DNA of 64,000 nt from Lama glama (taxonomy: Eukaryota), in NCBI GenBank assembly GCA_028534125.1, contig CM052817.1, positions 67,024,001-67,088,000 of the forward strand, in the 5' to 3' direction. Below, one piece after another: positions 1 to 13,149 of this stretch. Position 1 is the stretch's first letter. Each line of letters starts with the position of its first letter. The notes under the pieces were generated by a model. It had not been told where the DNA came from. It was given only the letters and a program-made list of their open reading frames with translations, and made no database searches. The position numbers and the translations under genes were made by a program.

Positions 1-364
1 TATGGTTCAAATTCATTGTGATGTTCCTGTAAAGGAAGTTCATTAAAATACCTGGGTGAGATTTAAAACATATATACATTTATAAGTTGTTATAAGTGTT
101 TCCTTGATGAGGTTGTAGATATTGAAACTATGTATGGAGGCTTAATTCATTTATAAAGTCTCAGCTCTCAGATTTCTGGAAATATAAGTGGTTTGTCAGA
201 GAGGGTGATTTTATAAAATGATCATCCAAGAAGTAAAAACTTTGGTGATTTATTCAACATCAGAGTCATTAGAGACCAAAATAATCAGATGACCCTTTAA
301 AATGCTATATTTACCATCGCTTTGCAGATCATATCAAGATCAATTTTATGGATAATTGTTAGTT

Positions 365-1200
365 GTGTAATCACTCATTCAAGCAATAGTTTTTAAGTGT
401 TGTGGATGAGACAGGTCCTCTTCTAGGTGATGTTGCTACAAAGATGAAGAAGACGTAGTTTCACTGTAGGGATTTCATCGTCTAGCAGAGATCTATGTAT
501 AAACAATCACCACAATCCCCTCTGGTGACACTGCAATAAAGGGACCTAAAGGATGCTCTAGAGCACATGGTTCAATGTATTCCATGCTGCGGGAGGGGTG
601 AGAGACTATGAGAGTGTATCACAGAAAAGAAGTGCTTCAACGAATTGGATACAGAAGACATTGGGAGTTTATCAGAAAATCAAAGGGTTGGGGAGGACTT
701 AAGGGTAAAAATGAGCAGTATATTCACTTTGGAGCTCGGCTATGGCATGAAAGTTGTTAAGACCCAAATATATTTGGGATTGCTATTGTTTGATTCACCA
801 GTTTTGTAGGAGTGTGAGATTGCACATACAGGCAGTGGTTAGATTACCAATGACCTTACATACCATTTCAGAGAGTTTGGACCCGTTAGATTTGGGGGAT
901 GGGAACACAGTGTTTTAGGGATGTGAGTGTTAGGTAGAGATTCAAAGAGTTTTGCACAGGTGTACCGGGTCATGGTTAAATTTTGGAAGTGTCTTTCCAG
1001 CAACAGTGTGGAAGATTTACTAGAAGGGATGAACTATGGGTGAGAAGACAGACGAGGAGACAGTTATGATCATCTAAGTAGTTTGAACCAAGGCTCTAAG
1101 AGTGGAAGTCAATATGAAATGATAAAGTCAAGACATATTTAAGAGATAAAGTCTGTGGGTCTTGATACTCAATTAAAGTTAAAACCCTGGGCTTCCTGAT
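365..1200 (-). mobile_element. L2 LINE, degraded 3' portion
   Basis: Starts with a reverse L2-tail-like TCACTCATTCAAGCAATAGTTTTTAAG followed by purine-rich L2 body; approximate bounds. Confidence 0.6.
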
Positions 1201-1489
1201 TATTTTCACTCTCTCATTCTCCTCGTAAAAACAATTAAGAGACCCAGGATTTTAACGTTTAGGCTGAGAAGATGGAGGTCCATCCGCCAGGACAGAGAAA
1301 TTGGAGAAAGAGCATTTGAAGGGAGTACTGAATATTTTGAAGTTGAGGTGCCCATGGCGTATTTAAAGATCCAGTTTGCAGCTTCATTTGCAGCCCAGGA
1401 GTGCAGAGCAGATAACGACTTGCAAGAAATTGGCATGTTCTGCAGCTGGCTGAGCGGGAAGTGGGAGGAATATAGACTTTCTGACTTTT

Positions 1490-2165
1490 ATTTTCCATGT
1501 GTTTATAGCTCCCCTGTTATCTCTACCTAATATCCAATTTAGTGTTTTTTTTATTTACCTTCTGAATACTTCTCAAATTGACCTCTTAATGTCTGGTTCT
1601 ACTACTATAGCCTTTGTTCAGATTCTTAAAACATCTAGGCTTAACTTTTATAATGATCTGATGACAGTAGTTCATCTGCACTAAGTTTTATGCTCCAATT
1701 TGTTGTCCATAACTACGGCCATGTGATCTGCTTAAATACAGGTAACAATAGCACTCAGGGCTTAGAAATCTTCCGAACAACTTAAAATGCGAGCCTCATT
1801 GTAAGTCTCCTTCTGTCTTACACTTCACACTTGTTATCAAAGTGCTTGGCCTCCTCTTACTCCTGTTTCATATTTTTATGCTTTGGCATCTGCTGTTTGC
1901 TGTCTCGAAAACCTCCCACACTCAGACTGACAAACTCTATCTCACTCTCAAGGATTTGGCTGAGATGTTGTCTTCTCCAAAGAGTAAATTCTTCATGACT
2001 CCGTTACTCACGGACAAAGTACCACTGCTTTGAACCACACCCTGCACGTACTTCTATCACACGCTCAGTGGCCCATCTGCCTTGTTGGACTTTAGCGCCT
2101 TCTTCCATGGGGTCGTGTCTTACAATTTACTAGAACTCCAGTAGTCGTAAATGTTCACTGGGCAG
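1490..2165 (+). mobile_element. L2 LINE fragment
   Basis: Pyrimidine-rich L2-like body ending GTAAATGTTCACTG, resembling the L2 3' tail. Confidence 0.55.
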
Positions 2166-5100
2166 ACTTCTTGTAGACAGGAATATTTACAAGATAGAGA
2201 ATTTGATGAAGGAGGCTGAGAACAAGTGAGAAATGTGTAAATTACTGAAAACACGATAAAGTGAGAAGAAGAATAATTGCCCTATATACTTCATGAAAGT
2301 TAGAATTAGAAAATTGATGCATTTTATAAGTGCATAAAATACACTGCATGAATGAGATACTATTGTCACGTTTGCAAGCTGAATAGTATTAACCATTAAT
2401 GCTCCTGGGCATGAAAGTTACTTTGACTCCCTACCATGATCCTGAAGCTTTCTTCAGTTGGGATTTCACTTAGCTGGAGGGCTAACGGCACAGGCCTGGC
2501 AGGCAAGGGGTTGGAGTTCTGTCCTGGAGGAATCTGTGCAGTCCCCAGCCCCTCTGGCATTGCCCAGAGCATTAACTCCATGAGCTTTAGTCCTAGTCCA
2601 GCAAAGTGATTTTAACTGGGTTAAGATGCACAACAAAATGCACATAAATTGTGTTTGGTGTGTTTACATATACACAAGGGCATACTTACTTAATTATACC
2701 GACATCAGCATTTTATGCTACTCTACAAGGCAGCAAAGCTGCCATGGTGATGGTCATGTGACTAATGACTATACCATGTGTAAGGGACGTAAATATGAAA
2801 ATAAGTAATTGTCAGATTAAAAAAGGCAAGTCAAAATTAAGTCCTTTACATTTTATTAGGTTAAAACCCTATTTTATAGTGGAAATATTGATATTTTAAT
2901 CCAGACTTTCAATGATTTCCTCAAAATGGCTTTAAATTTTTGTTAGAAGGTTAAAGAAAGAAAAGGTCATTTCACCCTAAAAGTTTCAATAAAGTTTAAA
3001 GTTTTAATATCTATAGTATGATATTCTCCAAAATCATAGTAATTATCTTGTAGATTTATATTGAGATGAGGTTGTATCTCAACATAAGAAAATTAATCCT
3101 ACCTTTGAAAGTTTGTTACACTGAAATAAAAATATGAACAAAGTAGCTTAGCAATACGTATATAAATGTAATTATACTCATTATCTTTAAACTAGCTGTC
3201 CTGATTTACACTGAGGAAGAAGATCCAATGTTTAAACATATTTATTTTATTGATTATATTTATTTTTCTTATAGGAAAATATAGAAGCGACTGGAATGTC
3301 CTTCATTGGGGATAACCATTTTGGTTAATTCACATCATGAAATACTGTCATTCACACTGATGAATCAGATCTGTACCTGTCCCTGCTTTGATGAAAGAAG
3401 TCATACTCATACTCTGGTGTGTGGGTGCCCTACCCTATCTCCTTTACCTGTGGTGCCCCCATCCTCACAACAGTCACTCGAAAACATCGGGAAGATGGTA
3501 GTCGCAGGACAGTCAGAATTGCCTCTCATCTGCCCACGTCTTCCATGTTCCCAATAACACCGAGCCAGACGTCGCAAATGGGAGAGGCTGCATTTATGCT
3601 TGTACTGACAGACGTTCTTCAGATAATACATGCATCTCCAGATCTCCAGGCAGGATAAGATTGGCTTCTGTGCCTCAGCTCCTTTATGTGTTTATGTTTT
3701 GGTGGTCATTCTAGCTAAGATTATGTAGAGACGCAGGTATTTATAGTGTCTGATGAGGACGGTGAGGGCCAAGTCATCCAAGTCATCTATCTGCATGAGT
3801 GGGTTCACTGGAGAACTAGAGCTTGGTGAGAACATATCTGCATTTAGTACCTGAAGTTTTTATAGATTTTATTTTATAGAACCAAAAACATACTCCTAAG
3901 AACATGGCATTTATCATCTACCCGTTTCTAGTGATTAGCACTGAGTGCTTCAGGGAAAGAGCTATGCCAGTTTTCCTCATTGGAGATGGAGGCCTCGGGG
4001 AGTGGGGTAGCCTAGACCTTGAGTGACAGTTTGGCTTTTGGGTGTGGGTGACAGTGTGGAACAAAGACAAGGAAGAGAGAATTCACCCCATTTCCGTGCA
4101 ATGATGAATGCCATTTCATTTGGCACCTCACACACCTGCCGCTTTGGGGACCACCTGGAACCAACACCTGGGCAAACAATCCACACTCTCACTGAGTACG
4201 CTGGTATTAGATGGTTGAAGCAGAAGAACATGAGATGAGTAATAGCAAAACTGTGTGAGACACTAAATTTCCTGAAAGCATCTGAGCGAGGTCTAGAGAT
4301 CTGGCAGAACGCAAAAGCAAAATGAAGCAGAGGGATCTGACATATTCCAGTTCACATGACTCCACTTGCACCAGAAGTGCTAGGGTTGAGGAGCATCGGT
4401 TAATGCTTGTCTATTTTTGTTTACTTTACTGGAAATGATTTCATGCCTTTTTCTCAAAGCCCAGGACCTAGCACCATCCAACCATGTAATATGTGTGTCA
4501 TAAATGTTCGTTGAATTTGATTGTGATCATTGGTGCAGTGAATTGAAGGTCAAGATTGTTGTAACTCAGAAAGTTTATTTTTGGATCTCCATAAGGGTGG
4601 AAGATATGGAGATCATGAGGTGGGGAGAATAACAGGGTCATTTTTTTCTCCAAGATTATTCATTGTCCCTTTTATTCTTTCTGTTACCTATCATTCCCCT
4701 CTTCTTCCTTCTTTCTTTTATTACAGAATGGAGACTTATCTTTGATGAGATTGTGATGTCTCTAGTAAAATCAAAGACGTAGGAGAAGTTGAGGTCATGA
4801 CTTTAAATGTAAAAGCAAACTTTTGGTTTGTATAACTTTTGCCAAAGCCAAGTCACCTGTGCCAGTCAGGTTGGCCAGTAGGTAAAGGATGTTCTAAGAC
4901 TTCCTCTTGGGACAGCAGAATTTTTTGTTAGGTGATTCCCAAACTTTGAAACATTGTTCCAAAGGTTGATCAAAGGAAGTTCCAGTGTTATCGTGAGCTA
5001 TCAGACTGCAGACTCCAAATTTTAATAAAATCTTCAGGAGAGGGGGAACTGGTCAATAGTCAGAATCTTGGAGTCCCTCATACCTAATTCCTTAATGCTT

Positions 5101-5674
5101 ACAGTGTTTAGGTTTTCTTTTTACACAGACACAACCAAGGATCTCTTTGAGAATCACCTTGGTGTCACCAAGGAAAGAGAGGACCAGTGACACTGAGGTA
5201 GGTGAGAGAAGACTTTATGAAACTTAGTGCAGGATAGGAGGGCACTCTGTAGATACAGCCAGCAAACTTCAGGAGACTATTTGCAAAGGGCATTGATAAC
5301 GTACATTTGAAAAAGATCCGAGTATCTATAGGGTTAAACGTTACAGAGCTTTTAATGTGCTTCACCTTTAACTTTATTCCTCAAATTATGAAAATGTGGT
5401 TCTGTTTTATTATAGAAGGATTTGATTCTTTATCAATACTCAAATAGCTTTTACTTGAATAAAGATAAACCAGCTTTTTAACTGCAAGATCTCCTAAAGG
5501 TCCTTAGATATTTTTGCTCTCTAAGAATGGTCTAGAATATACTGGGTTGATCAATTTTATTAAAATATTGGACACTTTTAAGAGGAATATCTACAGATAT
5601 ATTCTAGGGCCAATGTTTTGCAGAACATGGTTAGGGAAATGTAGATTTAGGCAGATTTAAATTATAACACTTTA

Positions 5675-5846
5675 TAGTTGACCCTTGAACAACAGAGGTT
5701 TGAACTGGGTCAACCCATGGTTAGTTGAATCCACAGATGTGGAACCGCTTATGTGGCAGGCCAACTATTTCATAGGCGGATTTGCAGATTTTCAACTGCG
5801 GGGAGGGTTGATGCCGCTAACCCGTGCATTGTTCAAGGGCCAACTG
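5675..5846. mobile_element. Tigger2-family (TcMar-Tigger) non-autonomous DNA transposon, internally deleted
   Basis: TIRs TAGTTGACCCTTGAACAA and TTGTTCAAGGGCCAACTG; TA target duplications at 5673-5674 and 5847-5848. Confidence 0.85.
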
Positions 5847-6279
5847 TATTTCACTTGAACCTATGAACATATGCTGATGGAAATAATTTTCCAAACTTAT
5901 AAATCAGTGATAAGTGGAATCTGTCTTGAGGGTAGAGATCAGTGAGGCTGGCAAAGAACTTGTGGACTGGTGACACCCCCCAAAATGTGACCCACTTAAC
6001 AGTAAGTGTTTGCTTCTTCCTTAACAAGTGCACTTTAAGTGAAGAGGTCTCTGGTCATCATAGCCATTTGGGACCTCAGGCTGGGGGAGCTGCTATCAAC
6101 TGAATTATCGTTGGTAACTATGTCAGAAGGCAGTGAGATAGCTCTTGAAGGTGCCACCTTGATAATTAAATGTTCAGGCCAGAAGTACCAGCATCCCTTC
6201 TACTCTCAGTTCATAGATCAGAGTTAGATTTAGAACTCCACTCAACGGCTAGGAGCCAGGAAGTATAATCAATGTTATA

Positions 6280-6620
6280 CTGTAAGGAGTATGAACAAAC
6301 CATAACTATATGCAAATAAATGGATGCAACTTACAACATAATGTTGAATGAAAGAAGCTAAACCAAGAAGAATTCATACTATTTAATCCCATTTTTATTA
6401 AGTTCAAAGATGGGCAAACAAAACTGATTCATGGTAGAAGTCAAATTAGTGGTTATTTTGGATGACACAAGGAAGAGACTGAACTGAGAAGGACTACATT
6501 TGTTAGTAGTATTTGTTTTTATCTCTGTGTTAGTTATATGTTAATTTTATAAAAATTCATGGAAATATATTTTTGTCATGCACTTTTATTATTGTTTAAA
6601 AAGTTTACTTTTAAAACTCT
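6280..6620 (+). mobile_element. Old L1M (L1MC/ME-type) 3' UTR fragment
   Basis: ATGGATGCAACTTACAACATAATGTTGAATGAAAGAAG-type L1M 3' end motifs. Confidence 0.65.
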
Positions 6621-6699
6621 TAAAAAACATAATATTTTCAAAGTGTCTTTTTTCCCCTTCCCCCTGCTATTTGTAGAACACATTTCAAAGCTCCTGCAG

Positions 6700-8870
6700 T
6701 TGGCTCCAAAAAATGTGTGAATTATTAACACACAAGATATGAAGGAAATAAAAATATTGCTTACATGGATTATGGCACAATCATTTGAAGCTCTGATAGC
6801 CATTTCTTCTACAAGCTTACTGAAATAATGGCTATATTATAAAAAGAGTAAAACAAAATATTACAGCCAGGCTCAAATATAAGAACATCTCTGTGAACTA
6901 AAAACTAGATAGAAACAGAATTGTATGTAGGTCCTGAGGCTACAGGCCTGCTGGTATCTGTGTCCAGAAGCAAATAATGAGCTGCCAAAGTTTAGCTATT
7001 GTGGGTTAAAGTGAACTAATTTTCTCTGTGTGATTTTGGGACATAAGGCCATGTTTAATATTTTAACTCAAAAGCTAGGGTGCAGCTTTCTCCATACATT
7101 TGGAGAATCTGAAACAATAGATCTGACCACTAGTAAGGCTCTACCTTTATCCAAAGTGGTGACCCTAGAGAGATGCCAGGATACCAGGAAAAGAGTCAAT
7201 CACCTACTGGTACTATAACTGGATTTGCCACACCCCCATGGGGCAGTCACACCCAGGTGTAATTATTAGAGCTGATTCTGACCCAGGGAACTAGAGGCCT
7301 GGAAAGAGAGAATCACAAAACATTTGGACAATTAAAATTGACCATTGAGGGAGGGAGTGACAAAGAACTCTCTTTTGCTCAAATGGGCCTGCAATACACA
7401 CATTTTCATGAAAAAAGAAAGCCCCGCTTCTTCAAACGGCCAATAAGATCAACACCCTGAATAATTATTTATTCCACTTACAATTTATTTTATGCAAAGT
7501 ATCTTGAAGATATTAAGTGTTTTGAGAATATTTAGAAAGATAAATAAAGGTAAAATTTCTATTAAAAAGGGTTATAAAACAAAATCAAGAGTAAATGAGA
7601 AAAGTTCAGATATTTGTCAAAATAATTACAAATCTTGGATATAAAAAATGTAGGCATTTGAATGGAAGGTCAGTAAGTGAATATACTCTGTAATAAATGC
7701 AGTCAGAGGGCAGATAGTGAACTAAGAATATGCCATGGAGAAATTCTCACAGAATATAGCCTAGAGAAAGAAGAAAAAGAGCAATTAAGAGGCATGGATA
7801 AATTGAGAGATTCCAAAATCCATTCAAAACATCTGCAAAGTAAAAGAAGGGAATGTACAAACAATACTTGAGATAGTTTTCCAGATTTGAAGATAGTCAC
7901 TACTGTTTAGATCGAAAATGTGCTTTGAATACAAAATCATTTCAGTTAATAAGATACAAATGAATAGTCACTCAGACAGCGTAGTGAAATGTTATATCAC
8001 CAAAGATAAAGAAACTGTATTAGTATCTATAAAAAAATAAGGTCGCTTTATAATAAAAAAATATGACTGAGAGAAGTAACTTCTCATTAATAATAATAAT
8101 AATAATAATAGTAATAGTAATAATAATAATAATAATAGCCAGCAAACAATGGTACAATATTTTAAAATTCAAAGGCAGGGTGGGAGCAAAGCTGTCAAAG
8201 AATAAATTTGCAGCCAGCCTCAATAATTTTAGGAGTGAAAGCAGAATGAAGACATTTTCAAATATATAAAGACCAATACATTTATAACACAGAGACCTTC
8301 ACTAAAAAGTATTAAAGGAGAAAAAAGTGAATACAGAGATATATAATTGAGATACAAAAATATAATGTGTAGAGAAATTGATAAAATATTTTGGCAAATG
8401 GAAATAAATTTCGAATAAACAAATATTAACATTTTAATGAATTCTTTTTAAAAAGTTAAAATATAATAGGGGGAGAGGGCATACCTTAAAAGTGTTGCTT
8501 TTGTTTATCATTGTACTAGAAATCATAAACAAAGCAATAGTACACAAGGAGGTGATTAATATATAGAAATTGGAAAAAATGAGAGAAGATTCTTTTTATT
8601 AATAGAAAATATTATTGTCTATACCAAAAATATGAGAGAAGATGGAAACTTCAAATCAATCAAATTGTCTATTGGCATTCAAAATCAAGAGCATTCTAGA
8701 TCAACAACAAAAACAATCTGGTGAATATAATAGAAGTAGGTAATTGTAGTCATAGTAGAAGTCAACACTGTAATGAACTGGGATATAAAAGTGAAATGAA
8801 TAAAGTAAGTTATAAACAAAACAACACAAAAAGTATCAGATCTGTTGGATATTGTATTAAAGACTTCGAT
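6700..8870 (+). mobile_element. Highly degraded L1M/HAL1-like 5' and ORF1/ORF2 fragments
   Basis: Strongly A-rich plus strand with L1 ORF1-like coiled-coil remnants (e.g. ORF 7677-7871); no intact frame. Confidence 0.45.
8088..8136. repeat. (AAT)n microsatellite
   Basis: TAATAATAA run with two AGT interruptions. Confidence 0.95.
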
Positions 8871-9185
8871 GCTTTGCACCTCCCTGATTCACGTTCTTTG
8901 TCAGGTGACTTTGTGGCTCCTTCCCTTAAAGAGATTCTATCCACTTTGATGCATGCTTGCCTCAGCTTGGCTGGGAGACTTGCTTTGGTCAAAAGGATGA
9001 GGCAGAAATGTCATGACGCTGGTTCTAAACCTGTGATTTGAGAGGATTTGCATATTTCTGGTTCTTTCTTGAATGATAGCTTTTGTCATTAGAAAAATAT
9101 GACTAGGCGGGCTTGCTGATCCCAGAAGGAGAATAAGACACATGTCAAGCAGATGCTCCAACTAAGCAGAACCCCAGCTGTGCAT
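8870..9185 (+). mobile_element. MLT1-family (ERVL-MaLR) LTR fragment
   Basis: GACTTGCTTTGGTCAAAAGGATGAGGCAGAAATG motif typical of MLT1G/H-type LTRs. Confidence 0.6.
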
Positions 9186-9194
9186 TACATAAAT

Positions 9195-9760
9195 ATACAT
9201 CAGTTTGTTTATTCATTTGTTGGTTGATAGACATTTGGGTATGTGTATTCCCCACTCCCCTACCCAGCTCCAAGGCACTGTTTTTTCCGTTATTAGGGCT
9301 ATAGCTTCTGTGAACTATTGTGTATTAGTTTCCTGTTGATGTCTTTTCCAAAGTATCTCATTTGGGTTTTAATTATCATTTCCATGATGGCTTGGGTGTT
9401 GAGCATATTTTTGTGTATTGTGTGTGTGTGTGTGTGTGTGAAGTGTGTGTATCATTTTTACTGGCATGCTTGACTTCTTATTAGATAGTTGTGAGCTGTC
9501 TTTAAGCCTGTGTAAGATATACAGATGCTGAACATTTTCTTGCAGTCTCTCATTTGTCTTTAAATTGTCTTAATGATTTCTTCCAAAGAGTAAAAAACAA
9601 GAGTTTTCATGAAAGATATAAATTAATTTCTTTTATGCTTTTTGCTTTTTTGTGTATTCCTGAGAAAGTCTGGCTTTTCCACAGGACGTGATTTTATTGT
9701 ATAGTTTCTACTAGAAAGTTTATAATTTTACCTGCTGCATTTAGGTCCAAATACGTTCTG
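9195..9760 (-). mobile_element. L1M fragment containing a (TG)n repeat at about 9419-9450
   Basis: T-rich antisense L1 motifs (GTTGATAGACATTTGGGT, GTTGAGCATATTTTT). Confidence 0.6.
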
Positions 9761-10479
9761 TTTGGATTGTCTCTTTCAGTGTCTCTACTTAACGTTGCTT
9801 CCGGACAAAGAGCCAGAGCAACTACAGGGCTCATCTTACTTGCTTCACTTTTCCCAGGGATCACAGACCCATGCTGGTTGTTGTCTGAGGTCTATAAACA
9901 CATTTGTCAAGTATTCTAATATTTTCAAGAGAGGCTAAGTCTAGATCTTTATTACTCCATCATGACTGGAAGTGGAAGTCTACAAATATTTTTTAAATGT
10001 ATCTTTCTCACTTCTCTTTGCTTAGTAATTATCTGGTTCTTTTAATACTCTCTATCCCCATTGTGGACTATCACCATATGAATGACTTATTCTTCTTAAG
10101 TAGTAACACAGATAGTTGAATAAATTGTGTTCTCATTAGCTTTTTATGGCATTAAAGGATACATCAGCTAATAATACAATCAGTGTTCCTTTGGGGCACA
10201 CTTATGGATTATTAGGAATATATGTTGACACCCCATGGACCAAAGTAGGTCTGTAAGTCCCTCTGTAACTTAGTCTCATTAATCTCTCTCTTTTTTTCTG
10301 TCAATATATTGTGTGTAACCAGTTGCCACTAGGATTTGCCACAGACTCTGTTCCATAATAATAACATTAACTCAAATTATTTCTGTCTTTGGATTGAAAC
10401 TGGATGAAACCATAGCACTTCATATTTTTATTCAATTCTGAATCATCCTTGCGTATAACCAGGTTACATACCATTTTAA

Positions 10480-10660
10480 CTGTCTTTATATATGGTGTTT
10501 AAATTAAACCTCACACAAAAAAATCCTATAAGGTACATTATAATGACTACTGTGCAAATAAAGACAAGACTTTTAGAAGTTAAGTGACTTGCTCAAGTTC
10601 ACAGAGTTATTCAATAATTGATGTAGGATTTATACAAAGGATTCTAATTCCAAGTCTTGA
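10480..10660 (-). mobile_element. MIR SINE
   Basis: MIR core AGAAGTTAAGTGACTTGCTCAAGTTCACAGAG. Confidence 0.7.
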
Positions 10661-10739
10661 CTCATAATAACTTTAAAAGTGACGTTTATGTCAAACAGAT
10701 CTAATTAAAAATACTTCCTCTGCTACTCAGTAGACATAT

Positions 10740-10900
10740 GGCCTTAAACAAAACAGATAACATATATAAGTCAAAGTTTCCACTTCTGCAAAAAAGGCAA
10801 TAATATCATTAATCTTGCAGGGTTATTTTAAGGATTACAAAAAATAACATTAGTGAAAGTGTCTAGCAATTTTCTGGCACACTGTAGGCACTCAATAAAA
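10740..10900 (+). mobile_element. MIR SINE
   Basis: AGTTTCCACTTCTGCAAAA...CTGGCACACTGTAGGCACTCAATAAA. Confidence 0.7.
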
Positions 10901-10904
10901 ACAT

Positions 10905-11344
10905 TGTGCTGGAAATCTTCAATTTGTTTCTCAAGTCTACTCTCCCCTCTTTTGCTCTCAACTCTGGAAGCGTGCTGTCTCTTATAAAACCAAAACCAAA
11001 ACCAAAACCCAACAACAACAAAAAAAAAACAGTGCTTAAGTTAGGGATGTTGTGAATCTTAAGGAGAGCAGAGAGAGACAGGCAAGTGAACTGGGTCATT
11101 TATTCCATTCCCTCGTGTCTCTTCCTGGAGCTATCACAGTCCCTCAAAGTAGCTACTTGAAGACTTTCTCCTCTTTTCCAGGAAACTCTTAGAGATTTCT
11201 TGGCACCGAGAATTCCTGCGCTATCCCCATTGATTTCCATTCATATTATCCGCTCATTTGTAATTAGACCCTTTGTAAATAAACCTCTTTGAGTTGTTCT
11301 GATTTGAGGGTTCCACCTGTTTCCTATTGGGCTCATAACTGACA
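10905..11344 (+). mobile_element. LTR33-like (ERVL) LTR
   Basis: TCTACTCTCCCCTCTTTTGCTCTC start; 3' end AAACCTCTTTGAG...CTGTTTCCTATTGGGCTCATAACTGACA. Confidence 0.55.
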
Positions 11345-13149
11345 TATTTTTCTTTTCTATATATTATACTACATTTCTTTCATGTTTCAAAGTTTTGAAT
11401 AATCTTAGGTCACAACAATTAATTTAACAGATACCTTACTTGCAAAATTGGGAGTGGTTAAAATCCTGGTTACAGGAATTATTGTGAGGATCAAAAAATA
11501 ATGTAGGTGAAATACATGTTTTTCTAGTAGAAACATTAGAATGACTTTATCTTTTTAGTAAGTCTAACACATTGTCTTGTTAATAATTTATAATTTTACA
11601 TATCTTATATATGTGTGTGTGCATGTGTACACACACGTGTTTACACCTGTCTGTGTCTATATACAAACATATATTTATACATACATGCATGTATGTATAT
11701 ACCTATCTGTCTATTAGGAGAGAAAGAGAGAGAATTCCTTGGCGACTGTCCTAAAAACTATCTTTAGTCAAATTGTTTAGTGCGGTAAACTTTGGAAATT
11801 AGTCATGGCTTTTCTTTCAATCTTAATCAAATAAGAAAAAATAAATGCAAGGAAATCATATTATTCCTATATCCTTATTTCAATATGAAACCATGGAAAA
11901 GGCTGGTGATTTATTTTTAAAAAATAAATGAGCTTAATGTCTTCAGCTACCACTAAAAAAATACAAATTAGTTGTACATTTTTGTTTTTATTTGATATTA
12001 TAAAATATTATGAGCTCATCCTTTATCGTTAAAATGTGCTGGAGAACTCTATTGTGATGATACATTAGAAGTGAGTCCCTTGTTTTCACTTTTGATGAAA
12101 ACATTCACTGGCCATTTCTGGTTCAAGTTGCTGTCATTTGTAGGAGATCAGCACCCTCTTCTGGTTCTCTAACAAAACTGTTGATCAAACTGTGCTACCT
12201 CCTGCTGAGTCTTTTTCCCTTTGTATTCTAATTAGTTTCCTTCTGCAGTCAGAGATGTTTAATGAAATTTTGTGCATTTTGCTCAGTTTTACCCTTTGCC
12301 ATGGCAGCAAAAATAGGTAGCCACTACTTCTAAACAACGTATACTTCCTGTTCTTAATCTTGTTAACCTTTCTCTAGGGCACGGTATTAAAAAAGTCTCT
12401 TTAATGTTTTTATTCCTTGGGTTAGGGAAACATGTTTCAAGTGTCAAATTCTGAGCAAGAATATAATATGTTCTTTCAATTGGTTGGAAAGGAAAAAAAA
12501 AAAAGAAAGAAGGATGGCAGAGGAGGGGAGGTTGCTAAATTTAGCAGCTCAGAGTCGTTTTGATTATTGGAGGATATAATAGGAGGATACTGAGAACATG
12601 CCTTCTCTCCATTTCTCTCCCCCTCCACCTCCCTGCGTGCGTGCACGTGCGCACGCATCCCCCCACCTATCAGATGCCTAAATATACTTAATTATTTTTG
12701 ACCACTGATTTGTTCACCTATATAAATCTGTTTTTTGTCCGTGGTAACCCTGAGTACACGTCCCTCTGTTGTCACTTAAAGAAAAATGAAAAACACAAAC
12801 AAAAGGCAAAAAAGGAAAATACTGACTGAGAGAACAATATTTTTAAAAATAAAGAAGCATTTTATTTCTCTTGTTATTTTTAGAATAGCCATGGATTCCT
12901 CAGTCTTTGGAGTTGATCAGCAGTCAGGGAATCATAGCCAGTTTTGACATGATCAGAAGATGCTGTCAAAACATTGCCAAGTAGGAGTCAAGAATTACAA
13001 CTTCAGCCAGATATCTTTTGAACATATGCATTCCACATGGGAGGCTCACTTTATTTTAATATTTAACTGGCAGGTCAAGCCAGAAAGTAAATGGAATTTC
13101 TACCTTTTGCTCTTAGAACCTATAATTTAGATTGTTAAGTCAGTGGTGT

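Noticed and set aside
8020..8269. ORFs with poly-Ile 'transmembrane' runs
   Set aside because: Translation of the (AAT)n microsatellite
11676..11699. 24-bp perfect palindrome TATACATACATGCATGTATGTATA
   Set aside because: Embedded in TA/CA/TG microsatellite-like sequence where such palindromes arise easily
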